From Candidatus Woesebacteria bacterium GW2011_GWB1_39_12 (GTDB lineage Bacteria; Patescibacteriota; Microgenomatia; UBA8517), in NCBI GenBank assembly GCA_000993405.1, contig LBWB01000009.1, positions 77,848 through 141,847 of the forward strand: 64,000 nucleotides of DNA, written 5' to 3'. The position numbers were made by a program, and so were the translations under genes. This document shows positions 35,710-43,983 of the stretch, in pieces. The notes under the pieces were generated by a model. That model did no database searches. It was given only the letters and a program-made list of their open reading frames with translations, and had not been told where the DNA came from. Every line of letters starts with the position of its first letter. Positions within the stretch are counted from its first letter, which is position 1.

Positions 35710-38413
35710 AATGATTTAGCCAGATAACATAGTCTATCCCGTCAACTGCCCCATCAGAGTTAAAGTCTGCGTCAGATGATCCATTTGAGGTAGTTGTATC
35801 ATAATGATTTAGCCAGATAACATAGTCTATGCCGTCAACTCTTCCATCGCCGTTTGCATCTCCCTGAACCGGCACTAAAGTTGGTGTAGGTGAAGGGAAC
35901 AAAGACGGACCAATCTGTGAATAATCTCCTACTTTAATTCCAGCATCTGCAACGCTTGACGGCAAATTATTTAAATTTATAACCAGATTCCCCTGACTGT
36001 CGGTGGTTAGCGACGAAAGGGGCGGCCTAGTTAACCCGGTGTTGGTATCAAAATACCACCACTCAACTGGTAAAATAGCATTTGCACTAAATCCGGCGAC
36101 TATAACACTTCCGGCTAGACGACTACTGTCCCAGACTTGGGGACAACCAGAAATATTCCCCGATACCGCACACCAAGTGTGACGTTTATTTTGAATCCAC
36201 AAATGGGCACGGTTTGTGGACGGATTTTTCTGCCCAACAACCCGTACATTAGCATCAGAAACAGTTGCGGCTAAGTTCTGATAACCACCAAGATTGAGGG
36301 GAATGTTTTTTACAAAATCAAAAACGTCTTTGAAATGGTGCCTGTGATCAAAATCCATTCTAATCGAGCAGGGTGGACCCCCGGGGCAGTCGTAAATATG
36401 CCAATTTTCAAACCAGTAAGACTCAATGAGCCCATTGGAATTAAGTCCTCCCCAGAGAAAGTTGTGCAACCAAACTCCATTTCTATCCGTATGAATATCA
36501 AGGTTGGGATCCAAATTATCACTGTTGACAAAACCCGTCTCCCCTCGGATTACCGGCCAGCGAGCGGAATTTTGCGGACCCCAAAGACTTGCGGCATCTA
36601 TGGTAGCTTGGGCGGCATCGTAGAAATCTTCCAAAGGAACACAGGCAGAACCGCTTCGGCGGTTATAACAATGGACATCGCCGAAATCAATTCCAGGATA
36701 ATTACTCAGGTTCCAACTCGAAGTTGTTCCATTCCAGACAGATGTGGCCGACAAATGTCTGGGTGTGAACTGATGAAAATACCGCCCCATCAAATCTGCA
36801 GCAACAGCGTGTTCGGTACCGGGCGTACCTTCATTGACAAATTCCCAGGAATGAATGGCTGTGGAATATCCCCAACGGGCTTGCAGGTATCGCCACCATT
36901 GCTTTTGCAACCAACGGCTTCGAGTCACCGAACCATCAGTCGGTCCATAAAGGTAAGCACTATTGGGGGAAGCAGTGTACAATCCGTTCCAGCCAAAACT
37001 GGCTAAAATTTCTTCCCGCCAGTCTAAAACTACCGGACGAAGATAAACACCATACTCTTCTGCCATGTTAACGACTTTATCAAAAGCAAAGGAATTGCGC
37101 TGATCAAAATAGCGGTGATGATCCATGAAAGGCTTGGGCAAAATATTGGAGCCATACTGACCATTACCCAAATCCTCTTCTATCCAAACATAACGAACTT
37201 CAGCCATACCGGCGCTGACATTTTCCAAAGCTAAAACAATAAAGTCGAGAAAACGCTGGTCGGCTTGGGTAGTAAAATTACCTTCAAGAGTCTGCCAGGC
37301 GGCAACGTTGTTGGGTTGTACTGGGGTAATCTTGGAACCACTTGCGGCAAGGTTGCAATTATCGCTGGTATTGGTAAATTTGACAACAAAACCGTAAGGT
37401 TGCCCGTTAACCGCCGGACCCTCTATACCCAAGGTTTTATAGTTCACGCGTAAACGATAACGGGTATTGGGTTTTACCGGCGGATGCGGAGAATTTAAGC
37501 CGTACATAAAACACCGGCTGGGATTAGAACTTATCTGAAAAGCAAACTCTGTTACCGGGTTGGTACCCGGATCATACATAAGCCAAGTCCAAGGCGGATC
37601 ATTCCCGTTGCTGGCAGCATCCCGCCATGGATTCCAGTGCGAACCAAAAATTGACCACTGGGAAAGCCAGACACGAATAAGCTGGATGCCGTTATCCCCC
37701 ATCGCACGAAAATGATCGATATTATCGCCCTGGCTGGTAGGACTATCAGCTTCGGGATCAATCCACTGAATGTGATTGTAATTCATGTTATAACCAAGGG
37801 CAGGGAAATATGTCCCGTCTTCAAATTCAAAGTATCGCTTATCCATTTGGGAAACTCGGATAAACCCCTTATTTTCCGAATTAACAACCTCAAAACCTTG
37901 AGAAGAAGATATTACAGTACCCGATGCATCTTGGACCTTGAGGCGGTACTGCCAAGTGCCTGCCTGATTAGGAGCATAGCGGACTTTCCAATAATAATTA
38001 GTGGTCGGGTAATACCAGTCAGTACCCCATTGGCTGGGATGGGTTTCATCTAGAAAATCTTGGTAGTAGAAAGCGGGTTGGGTGTAGGCTCTGGTCCAAT
38101 CGGATTGGCCCGGGGGAAGGAATTCTGCATCAACAGCGATACCTTGGTCAAAGGGATAATTCTCGGAACCGGGGTAAGGGCTGGTATTTGGTTCATAGGC
38201 AAAATTTAAGTTTTGGGCGACTGTATTTTGAATCTGGAAAGTAATTTCAAACTTTTCGTACTTGGGAATTTGAGAATTTGGATAAGAGCTTTTATTATCC
38301 GATATGTTGCTAATCGAAGGGCCGGTTTGGGCACTCACTGAAGGAACATAAAAGCCAAAAAAAACGACTAAAAAAGCAATGAAAAATACCCGTCTTACCA
38401 AGTTACAAAGCAT
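35702..38413 (-). CDS. secreted putative glycoside hydrolase (GH5-like / DUF5060-DUF4038-type guess) with C-terminal dockerin
   Basis: The track ORF runs to 38491, but the signal peptide starts at the internal Met (MLCNLVRRVFFIAFLVVFFGFYVPSVSAQ), so the start is probably 38413. WEFVNEGTPG resembles the GH5 NEP acid/base region. The C-terminus GDANGDGRVDGIDYVIWLNHY…DFNSDGAVDGIDYVIWLNHYD is dockerin-type. Confidence 0.55.
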   Translation of the reverse strand: MLCNLVRRVFFIAFLVVFFGFYVPSVSAQTGPSISNISDNKSSYPNSQIPKYEKFEITFQIQNTVAQNLNFAYEPNTSPYPGSENYPFDQGIAVDAEFLPPGQSDWTRAYTQPAFYYQDFLDETHPSQWGTDWYYPTTNYYWKVRYAPNQAGTWQYRLKVQDASGTVISSSQGFEVVNSENKGFIRVSQMDKRYFEFEDGTYFPALGYNMNYNHIQWIDPEADSPTSQGDNIDHFRAMGDNGIQLIRVWLSQWSIFGSHWNPWRDAASNGNDPPWTWLMYDPGTNPVTEFAFQISSNPSRCFMYGLNSPHPPVKPNTRYRLRVNYKTLGIEGPAVNGQPYGFVVKFTNTSDNCNLAASGSKITPVQPNNVAAWQTLEGNFTTQADQRFLDFIVLALENVSAGMAEVRYVWIEEDLGNGQYGSNILPKPFMDHHRYFDQRNSFAFDKVVNMAEEYGVYLRPVVLDWREEILASFGWNGLYTASPNSAYLYGPTDGSVTRSRWLQKQWWRYLQARWGYSTAIHSWEFVNEGTPGTEHAVAADLMGRYFHQFTPRHLSATSVWNGTTSSWNLSNYPGIDFGDVHCYNRRSGSACVPLEDFYDAAQATIDAASLWGPQNSARWPVIRGETGFVNSDNLDPNLDIHTDRNGVWLHNFLWGGLNSNGLIESYWFENWHIYDCPGGPPCSIRMDFDHRHHFKDVFDFVKNIPLNLGGYQNLAATVSDANVRVVGQKNPSTNRAHLWIQNKRHTWCAVSGNISGCPQVWDSSRLAGSVIVAGFSANAILPVEWWYFDTNTGLTRPPLSSLTTDSQGNLVINLNNLPSSVADAGIKVGDYSQIGPSLFPSPTPTLVPVQGDANGDGRVDGIDYVIWLNHYDTTTSNGSSDADFNSDGAVDGIDYVIWLNHYD

Positions 38414-38420
38414 AAATAAA

Positions 38421-39182
38421 TTATATTCTTCTTTTCCTACCAATCCTACCAATAAAATAGCCCGACAGACCACCGGAGATAAGTAAACCAAAAACTACCA
38501 AAAAATATATATAACTATTACCACTCAATTTACTGTCGTTATCGTCGCTTTTAATGGTCAGGCTATCTTCCGCCCCCTTAACGATTCCTTCTTTTTTCCT
38601 AAACGGATTCAGTTTTGAAGATGTGTCTTTATCGGAAGTATTGTCCGATGTCACACTAACACCAGGCGTCAACTCTGAAGCAGGACTCTCAACTTTAACT
38701 AGCAGGCTGCCGGTTCTTATTAAGATATCGACGCCCTCAGAAACAACAACATTGCTATCAGTTGAACTCCCGGGTGAAAAGTCAAAAGAAACATTTGTCG
38801 ACTCGGTTCTTTCTCTTCCCTCAAAAGTTATTTTTGCAACAGATTTCTTCTCGGTTGTAAAAACGCTATAGTCGTTTGAAAATGCGATTTCGACCGAGCC
38901 GCTATCGTTGTCGACCGATTGTGCCGGTGAAGTCGAAAATGCTTTTAAATCCTCGATTTCTATAACTTTTACATACTTGGGGTCATACTTTATAAAAAGG
39001 TCTATTCCGATAACTTCAGCGCCACCAGGATCCAGAACTACATCGACTTTCTTCTGACTGCCTTCGGCAAGCGATATAGCATTTTCGGAAAAAGAGATCG
39101 AGGAATTTGTAGCTAAAGCCGTCCTTGAAAGGCCGAAAAGCAGTAGGAACGAAAGAAAAAAAACCTTTTTTGCATCAGTCAT
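38421..39182 (-). CDS. membrane-anchored cohesin-domain protein: signal peptide, one cohesin, C-terminal TM anchor
   Basis: 253 aa; …VDVVLDPGGAEVIGIDLFIKYDPKYVKVIEIED… matches the cohesin signature (cf. GIANCDFVFRYDPNVLEII); C-terminal TM then RIGRKRRI. Confidence 0.6.
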   Translation of the reverse strand: MTDAKKVFFLSFLLLFGLSRTALATNSSISFSENAISLAEGSQKKVDVVLDPGGAEVIGIDLFIKYDPKYVKVIEIEDLKAFSTSPAQSVDNDSGSVEIAFSNDYSVFTTEKKSVAKITFEGRERTESTNVSFDFSPGSSTDSNVVVSEGVDILIRTGSLLVKVESPASELTPGVSVTSDNTSDKDTSSKLNPFRKKEGIVKGAEDSLTIKSDDNDSKLSGNSYIYFLVVFGLLISGGLSGYFIGRIGRKRRI

Positions 39183-40683
39183 TGGTCTTGAAGAAATTTT
39201 GAATTAAGATCCAGTAATCAAAAGTGTTTACAATTCCATCTTTGTTATAGTCGGCAGATCCGCCTCCAAACCAACTACCATACATCAAAGACAAATCAAT
39301 ATTATTAACTACCCCATCGTCGTTCATGTCTCCTGCCAATAGACTTCCAAAATTCACTAAATTTTCCCCCGAGTCAACCAGTAAGGTCGCTTTCTTTCTT
39401 AAAAAACCAGTTACTTTCGCGAAGAATTCGTAAGTGTTTCCAATAAACTGTGCAGGCAATTCAATTGGAGCGCTCACGCCCTCGGTGTCCGTTGAAAAAC
39501 TATTAGAAAAGCCGTCGCTACTTTCAACAATTCCTGCTACCTGATGCCCACTCGTCCCCTCAAAGGACGTTGTCAGTTTAACCTTAAGGCTGGCCTTATC
39601 AATTATCTCTATAGAAAGCGGTTGAGGGGGAGTCAAAATATCCTGGCCGCTGGCGGCTGCAATCACATTGCTTTCGCTTTTCGAGTTGGGCGCAAACTCG
39701 AAGTCAAAATCGGTAGTTCCGACAGATTTGGCCAAAAAGTTTACGGCTGCAACCGAACCCTTCCCTACATAGCTAAACCCCTGTGACTCGATTTGAGAAA
39801 TTCTAATCAGGCCAGCGGAATTATCAAAAGAACTGATAGTGTTTCCGCTTAAAAGTTTATTATCATCAATTGAAACTACTTCCACTTTTGATGGATCAAA
39901 GTTAACCACGGCATCTATACCCACGACGGGAGTGGAAGTTGATACCTGCAAATCAGTTGAAAACTGACTACCCAAGATAGGAGGGTTAATAAGACTTAAA
40001 GAAAGTGTTGTCGGATCTGGGGATGAAGGTGTATCGGTAGGCGTGGGAGTAGGAGTATCCGTTGGCAAGGGAGAATTGGTTGGCGTGGGAGTAATTTCAG
40101 GGGTTACTTCAATGTTAGCCAATAAATCCGCATTTTCCGTCAGAAAATCTAGATTTTGGGCATCTATGCTTACAATTTGTATGTCTTGACTATCTATTGC
40201 CAATTCCGAATGGATATTTGTTTCTTCTGTCTTTAACTCCAAAGGTATTTTTGCTAATTCAAAAACTCCTGAAGGTGGACTTTGCCGTTGTTCAGCAGAA
40301 AGACCCAGAACAAGCAGTATTTGCCCGTTTGTGTTGGCTTCATTCATGCCTGTCTTTTCTATCACACTAGCCAAAAGTGGCGTAGTTTCAATTTCCTGGG
40401 AAAGACTGAAATAAGTATTGTCAAAGTAAATTTTTACTCTTATAAAGCCGATTCCTTCGCTTTTGGAATCGACCGTCAAACTGAAAGTGGTATCTGGAGG
40501 AAATACTGCAATATTGGGCTCAAAATAAATATCGACTTGATCTTGAGCCTTAACAAGATTTAGTTTAAAAACCCAAAATGAAAAAGTATAAAAAAGAACC
40601 AAAAACAAGAGAGATAAAAGTGAAAATCTAAATACAAAAGTACTTCTTTTAAGGGCCTTGAATTTTTGGAATAAATTAATCAT
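39175..40683 (-). CDS. scaffoldin-like protein: N-terminal TM anchor, two cohesin-like domains separated by a Pro/Thr linker, C-terminal dockerin
   Basis: 502 aa. Cohesin-like 1 is …EGIGFIRVKIYFDNTYFSL…. The linker is TPTPTNSPLPTDTPTPTPTDTP. Cohesin-like 2 is …PVVGIDAVVNFDPSKVEVVSID…. The dockerin is GDMNDDGVVNNIDLSLMYGSW…DYNKDGIVNTFDYWILIQNF. Confidence 0.6.
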   Translation of the reverse strand: MINLFQKFKALKRSTFVFRFSLLSLLFLVLFYTFSFWVFKLNLVKAQDQVDIYFEPNIAVFPPDTTFSLTVDSKSEGIGFIRVKIYFDNTYFSLSQEIETTPLLASVIEKTGMNEANTNGQILLVLGLSAEQRQSPPSGVFELAKIPLELKTEETNIHSELAIDSQDIQIVSIDAQNLDFLTENADLLANIEVTPEITPTPTNSPLPTDTPTPTPTDTPSSPDPTTLSLSLINPPILGSQFSTDLQVSTSTPVVGIDAVVNFDPSKVEVVSIDDNKLLSGNTISSFDNSAGLIRISQIESQGFSYVGKGSVAAVNFLAKSVGTTDFDFEFAPNSKSESNVIAAASGQDILTPPQPLSIEIIDKASLKVKLTTSFEGTSGHQVAGIVESSDGFSNSFSTDTEGVSAPIELPAQFIGNTYEFFAKVTGFLRKKATLLVDSGENLVNFGSLLAGDMNDDGVVNNIDLSLMYGSWFGGGSADYNKDGIVNTFDYWILIQNFFKTND

Positions 40684-40702
40684 CTAAGAAATATGACCAA
40701 AA

Positions 40703-40735
40703 AAAACCCTGCATTTTTGCAGGGCCTCCGTTTGC
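40703..40735 (-). terminator. rho-independent terminator downstream of capA
   Basis: On the minus strand, ccctgca-aaaa-tgcaggg is followed by a T9 run. Confidence 0.6.
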
Positions 40736-40810
40736 GGTCGGCTCTTTCTTTTCTAATTGTAACAGATTACCCTATTTTGGAACATAAAGTCAACCCTGGT
40801 GGTTAGTTTG

Positions 40811-41767
40811 TCATTCCCCTAAATAGGCTGAAGAAAAAACGGGTTGACCGATCTCAGATATGTAAGAGCGGTAAAGGTTTGAAGAAAAAAGTCTCCCACC
40901 TCTATACATTAAGTCGACTACGAGACCCTTCTTTGTTTTCTCACTCCACATTTGGTCGAAAATAAAATTGCCCAAAGAATAATAAACAGGTACTCCATTA
41001 ATTATTTCCGAATTTTGAACCCAATGTGGGTGGTGGCCAATGATAACATCCGCTCCCGCATCAACCATCTCCTTAGCCCATTCTCTTTGCTTCCTGGTAG
41101 GCTTATCTGTATATTCAACCCCCCAGTGAACCCCAACTATTACAACATCAGCTTTTTCATTAGCGCTTGTTATCAATTCAAGATCAGCATCATTCAGTAA
41201 ATCTACGGTAAAATCGAAGCCGAGGAAACCAAATGACATATTCCTATATTGTTTTATGACTATATCGCCAAGTCCGGTTACTAAAATACCATTTTCTTCC
41301 AAGATTTTTACGGTCTCATTTATTCCCTCTTTACCATAATTCCCAGAGTGATTGTTGGCCAGACTCGCTACATCTACTCCTGCAAAGGTGAGTCCCGCAA
41401 CCATTTTAGGATCGGCACAAAATTTAAAACCGCTATCGTTCTTTGGACAATCAGGGATTATTGGATTCTCCAGATTGATAAAAACTAAGTCTGCCTCTCT
41501 TAACTTATCGGCCACCTTTCTAAACGGATAAATCGGATCCTCCTTTTCTTCCGCCTCAATCATCACCGTTCTTCCAAGCATTACATCACCAGTTGCAATT
41601 ATTGTTATCCTTTCAGGGTCCTCGTTTTGAAGTTTCGGGGTAAAACTTATTACCTGTTTTCTACCATCCATAAAAACAACAAATACAAACACTAGAGATA
41701 AAATCGCTAAAAATAAAAAAACGAAGCCTTTTAAATATGGCTTAGAGTTTGCCAATTTAGCGGACAA
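40811..41767 (-). CDS. CapA-family (poly-gamma-glutamate/capsule synthesis) metallophosphoesterase-like protein
   Basis: 318 aa; N-terminal TM; …TGDVMLGRTV… and …IGHHPHWVQ… are typical of the CapA/PgsA family. Confidence 0.7.
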   Translation of the reverse strand: MSAKLANSKPYLKGFVFLFLAILSLVFVFVVFMDGRKQVISFTPKLQNEDPERITIIATGDVMLGRTVMIEAEEKEDPIYPFRKVADKLREADLVFINLENPIIPDCPKNDSGFKFCADPKMVAGLTFAGVDVASLANNHSGNYGKEGINETVKILEENGILVTGLGDIVIKQYRNMSFGFLGFDFTVDLLNDADLELITSANEKADVVIVGVHWGVEYTDKPTRKQREWAKEMVDAGADVIIGHHPHWVQNSEIINGVPVYYSLGNFIFDQMWSEKTKKGLVVDLMYRGGRLFSSNLYRSYISEIGQPVFSSAYLGE

Positions 41768-41862
41768 AAATAATCCCCGCGATCACAAACGCGAAAATCG
41801 CGCAGGCAATAAGGATGTATAACAAGGAATAATCCTTTTTGTTTGTTGCCATCTTTTTTTGA

Positions 41863-42681
41863 CTAGAGAGCTAAAAGCGCTGCTCCGATAATAACAAGAA
41901 TACCCAGTCCGATTCCAAAGTAAGTTGGGTATGAAACTCCCGCATCGGGTAGTCCACCCTTACCGGTTCCGGTCGGAGTTGCTGTAACACTAACCGCTCT
42001 TGTAGGCGTAACAGTTCCGGTCAGTCTCGTGGTCGGAGTCGGACTTCCTGTTACCCGAGTCGTTGGGGTCGGGGTTCCGGATATCTGCGTCGTAGCTCCG
42101 GCTACAGTATAGCTTCCTGTTGAAGTAGGTATGAGAAGAATGTCTTCGTTATTGGTCTTTCTGGTAATGATTGATTCTGCCGGGTCAAAACGTATAACTA
42201 ACGGCGAAACTGACGGTGTCCTATCGACCCTTAATGTTAAATTCGCCAAAAGTGTTGCCGTATTTGCGGTAAATCCAAAAGCACTGGTATTTGTACAGGA
42301 AATATCAACAACTACATTTCCACCCGAAAGACTGGAATTTTGTATCGGACAGGTCCAATCACCTGAAGATAAAAGAGCAGAGTTAACTTCGATTGACGAA
42401 ACGCTTACTTCGGGAGTTGTTCCCGAAAAGGGATAAGTAAGTCTTACCGCTACTCCTGATATTGCGATATTTGCCGGATTAAAATAAATGCTTGAGTTGA
42501 TCGTGTCGCCGACGTCATAATCCCCTGTCTCCGGGGAAATTGAAACCTCGGCCTGGCCGGTTGGAACAGACGCTTCCTCACGCAGCTCCTGTCGTTCTCT
42601 TAAAAGCACAAGACCTGCCACAAAACCTCCCACCGCAACTATGATTATTAGAAGTGCAACAATTATCTTTTTCGCAGGCAT
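41863..42681 (-). CDS. membrane protein with cohesin-like domain, Thr/Pro-rich linker and C-terminal LPDAG+TM sorting-signal-like tail
   Basis: 272 aa; N-terminal TM; …ISGVAVRLTYPF… beta-rich domain; …GTPTPTTRVTGSPTPTTRLTG…; the C-terminus GKGGLPDAGVSYPTYFGIGLGILVIIGAALLAL is an LPxxG-like motif followed by a hydrophobic helix. Confidence 0.45.
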   Translation of the reverse strand: MPAKKIIVALLIIIVAVGGFVAGLVLLRERQELREEASVPTGQAEVSISPETGDYDVGDTINSSIYFNPANIAISGVAVRLTYPFSGTTPEVSVSSIEVNSALLSSGDWTCPIQNSSLSGGNVVVDISCTNTSAFGFTANTATLLANLTLRVDRTPSVSPLVIRFDPAESIITRKTNNEDILLIPTSTGSYTVAGATTQISGTPTPTTRVTGSPTPTTRLTGTVTPTRAVSVTATPTGTGKGGLPDAGVSYPTYFGIGLGILVIIGAALLAL

Positions 42682-42741
42682 ATTTATATTCTAATCAATT
42701 AAAGCACCATTTGCAAAGTCTTTGCAAGTGCTATTTTGAAA

Positions 42742-42996
42742 TCACTGAGTAGGACACCCCCCAAGAATGTCTCCGTGATTCAAATGCTCTTCCAAGTCGC
42801 TTTCTTTTAGTTCGATCAAACTCCAATAATCTCCCCCTTCCTCCTTGTGACAGACAACAAAAGTTTCTTTTTCTAACTCTTTGGCCTTATTTCTGAAATC
42901 CTGAACTTGTAAAACTAATACAACTCCTGCCGCAACACCTATGACTAATAGTAGTATCCCCAAAAGACCAAATGTATTTTTCCCTTTCTTTGCCAT
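42742..42996 (-). CDS. small membrane protein, hypothetical
   Basis: 84 aa; one TM; conserved-looking Cys/His (…VVCHKEEGG…HLNHGDILGGC…). Confidence 0.35.
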   Translation of the reverse strand: MAKKGKNTFGLLGILLLVIGVAAGVVLVLQVQDFRNKAKELEKETFVVCHKEEGGDYWSLIELKESDLEEHLNHGDILGGCPTQ

Positions 42997-43062
42997 TCCA
43001 GTATATTCAATTTAACTTCCTTGGTTTTTAAAGTCAAATATTGATATAATCGAGTCGAATCA

Positions 43063-43267
43063 AGCCGAGATAGCTCAGGGGTAGACCTGCCCGCCGAAGT
43101 CGTGCCGTCGTAGCTCAGTTGGTAGAGCGTGCCCTTGGTAAGGGCAAGGTCACCGGTCCAATTCCGGTCGACGGCTCCAAATACGTAGGCGGGGCACTTT
43201 CTTGCCTGCCTTTGGCAGGCGACTTCGTCTAAAGAAAGGGGTCGTGGGTTCAATTCCCACTCTCGGC
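43063..43267 (+). ncRNA. split tRNA-like shell (degenerate tRNA-Thr-like 5' and 3' portions) enclosing tRNA-Thr(GGU)
   Basis: 5' piece gccgaga-ta-gctcaggggtagacc-tgccc is 43063-43091. The 3' piece runs gggca, a 42-nt hairpin insert, gggtc, gtggg-ttcaatt-cccac, tctcggc, t (43191-43267). The acceptor has 7/7 perfect complementarity and the anticodon-stem halves tgccc/gggca match those of the inner tRNA. Confidence 0.4.
43103..43178 (+). tRNA. tRNA-Thr (anticodon GGU), CCA encoded
   Basis: Perfect cloverleaf: gccgtcg/cgacggc, tagctcagttggtagagc, tgccc-ttggtaa-gggca, aggtc, accgg-tccaatt-ccggt, t, cca. Confidence 0.9.
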
Positions 43268-43320
43268 TCAAATCAGTTAGATTGTTGCATGGTTACATTA
43301 ATAAAAGTAAAATACCTACT

Positions 43321-43506
43321 ATGGCTAAAAAAGGGGCAAGGGAAATAGTCGCATTAGTCTGTACTGTCTGCAAAAGTCAAAATTACGTGACTGAGCGGAA
43401 TAAGGTTAATATGGATTTGAAAGGCAAAGGCAAGCTGCAGATTAAAAAATGGTGCAAACGATGTAAGAAAGTCCAACTACATAAGGAGACCTCTAAACTA
43501 AAATAA
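43321..43506 (+). CDS. rpmG: 50S ribosomal protein L33 (zinc-ribbon type)
   Basis: Real start MAKKGAREIVALVCTVCKSQNY…KWCKRCKK (C4). The upstream in-frame Met of the track ORF is probably not used. Confidence 0.85.
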   Translation: MAKKGAREIVALVCTVCKSQNYVTERNKVNMDLKGKGKLQIKKWCKRCKKVQLHKETSKLK

Positions 43507-43581
43507 GTTCACCTATAAAGCCAAGTCTGATATTTGATATATACAAAAATGCTATCATTAGTATGATATATCGAACTATTA

Positions 43582-43983
43582 ATGACACATTTATCTCGCA
43601 GAATTTTGCAGTCAAAAACCGAAAAGGAATTAAAAAGCATCTTAAAAGAGGCGCTTCTTAATTTAAAATTCAGTGAGTACGATAAAGTATTTTACTCTCT
43701 AATCACCAAGACCGAGGAGCTAATGATAGCTAAAAGACTTGGAGTAATATTAATGCTTTCAGAGGGTGCAACTTACGAGGAAATCTCAGAATCTTTAAAA
43801 TTAACAAACGAAACTATATCAAGAGTTCACTTTGAAATGAATTCTCATCCTGCAACTTACAAATTTTTGTTAAATAAATTAAAACCATGGAAAAGAAGGA
43901 AACTCTTAAAAGAGATTCTCGGAGATCTTGGATTTAGAGCTTTAAAACTTACCGCCAAACATGTGGGTGGTCGAATTTATTAA
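43582..43983 (+). CDS. TrpR-like (YerC/YecD family) helix-turn-helix regulator
   Basis: 133 aa; …RLGVILMLSEGATYEEISESLKLTNETISRV… HTH; the gene is bracketed by a 20-bp palindrome and a half-palindrome. Confidence 0.55.
   Translation: MTHLSRRILQSKTEKELKSILKEALLNLKFSEYDKVFYSLITKTEELMIAKRLGVILMLSEGATYEEISESLKLTNETISRVHFEMNSHPATYKFLLNKLKPWKRRKLLKEILGDLGFRALKLTAKHVGGRIY

Noticed and set aside
43063-43267. tmRNA (tRNA-like domain formed by 5' and 3' ends)
   Set aside because: It is too short (about 205 nt) and has no tag-peptide reading frame. It contains a complete tRNA-Thr, and its acceptor lacks the alanine identity G3:U70.
42945-43271. 108-aa minus-strand ORF across the tRNA-Thr / tRNA-like region
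   Set aside because: It is entirely antisense to the tRNA genes (typical …ELNPRP… antisense-tRNA translation), so it is not a real gene.
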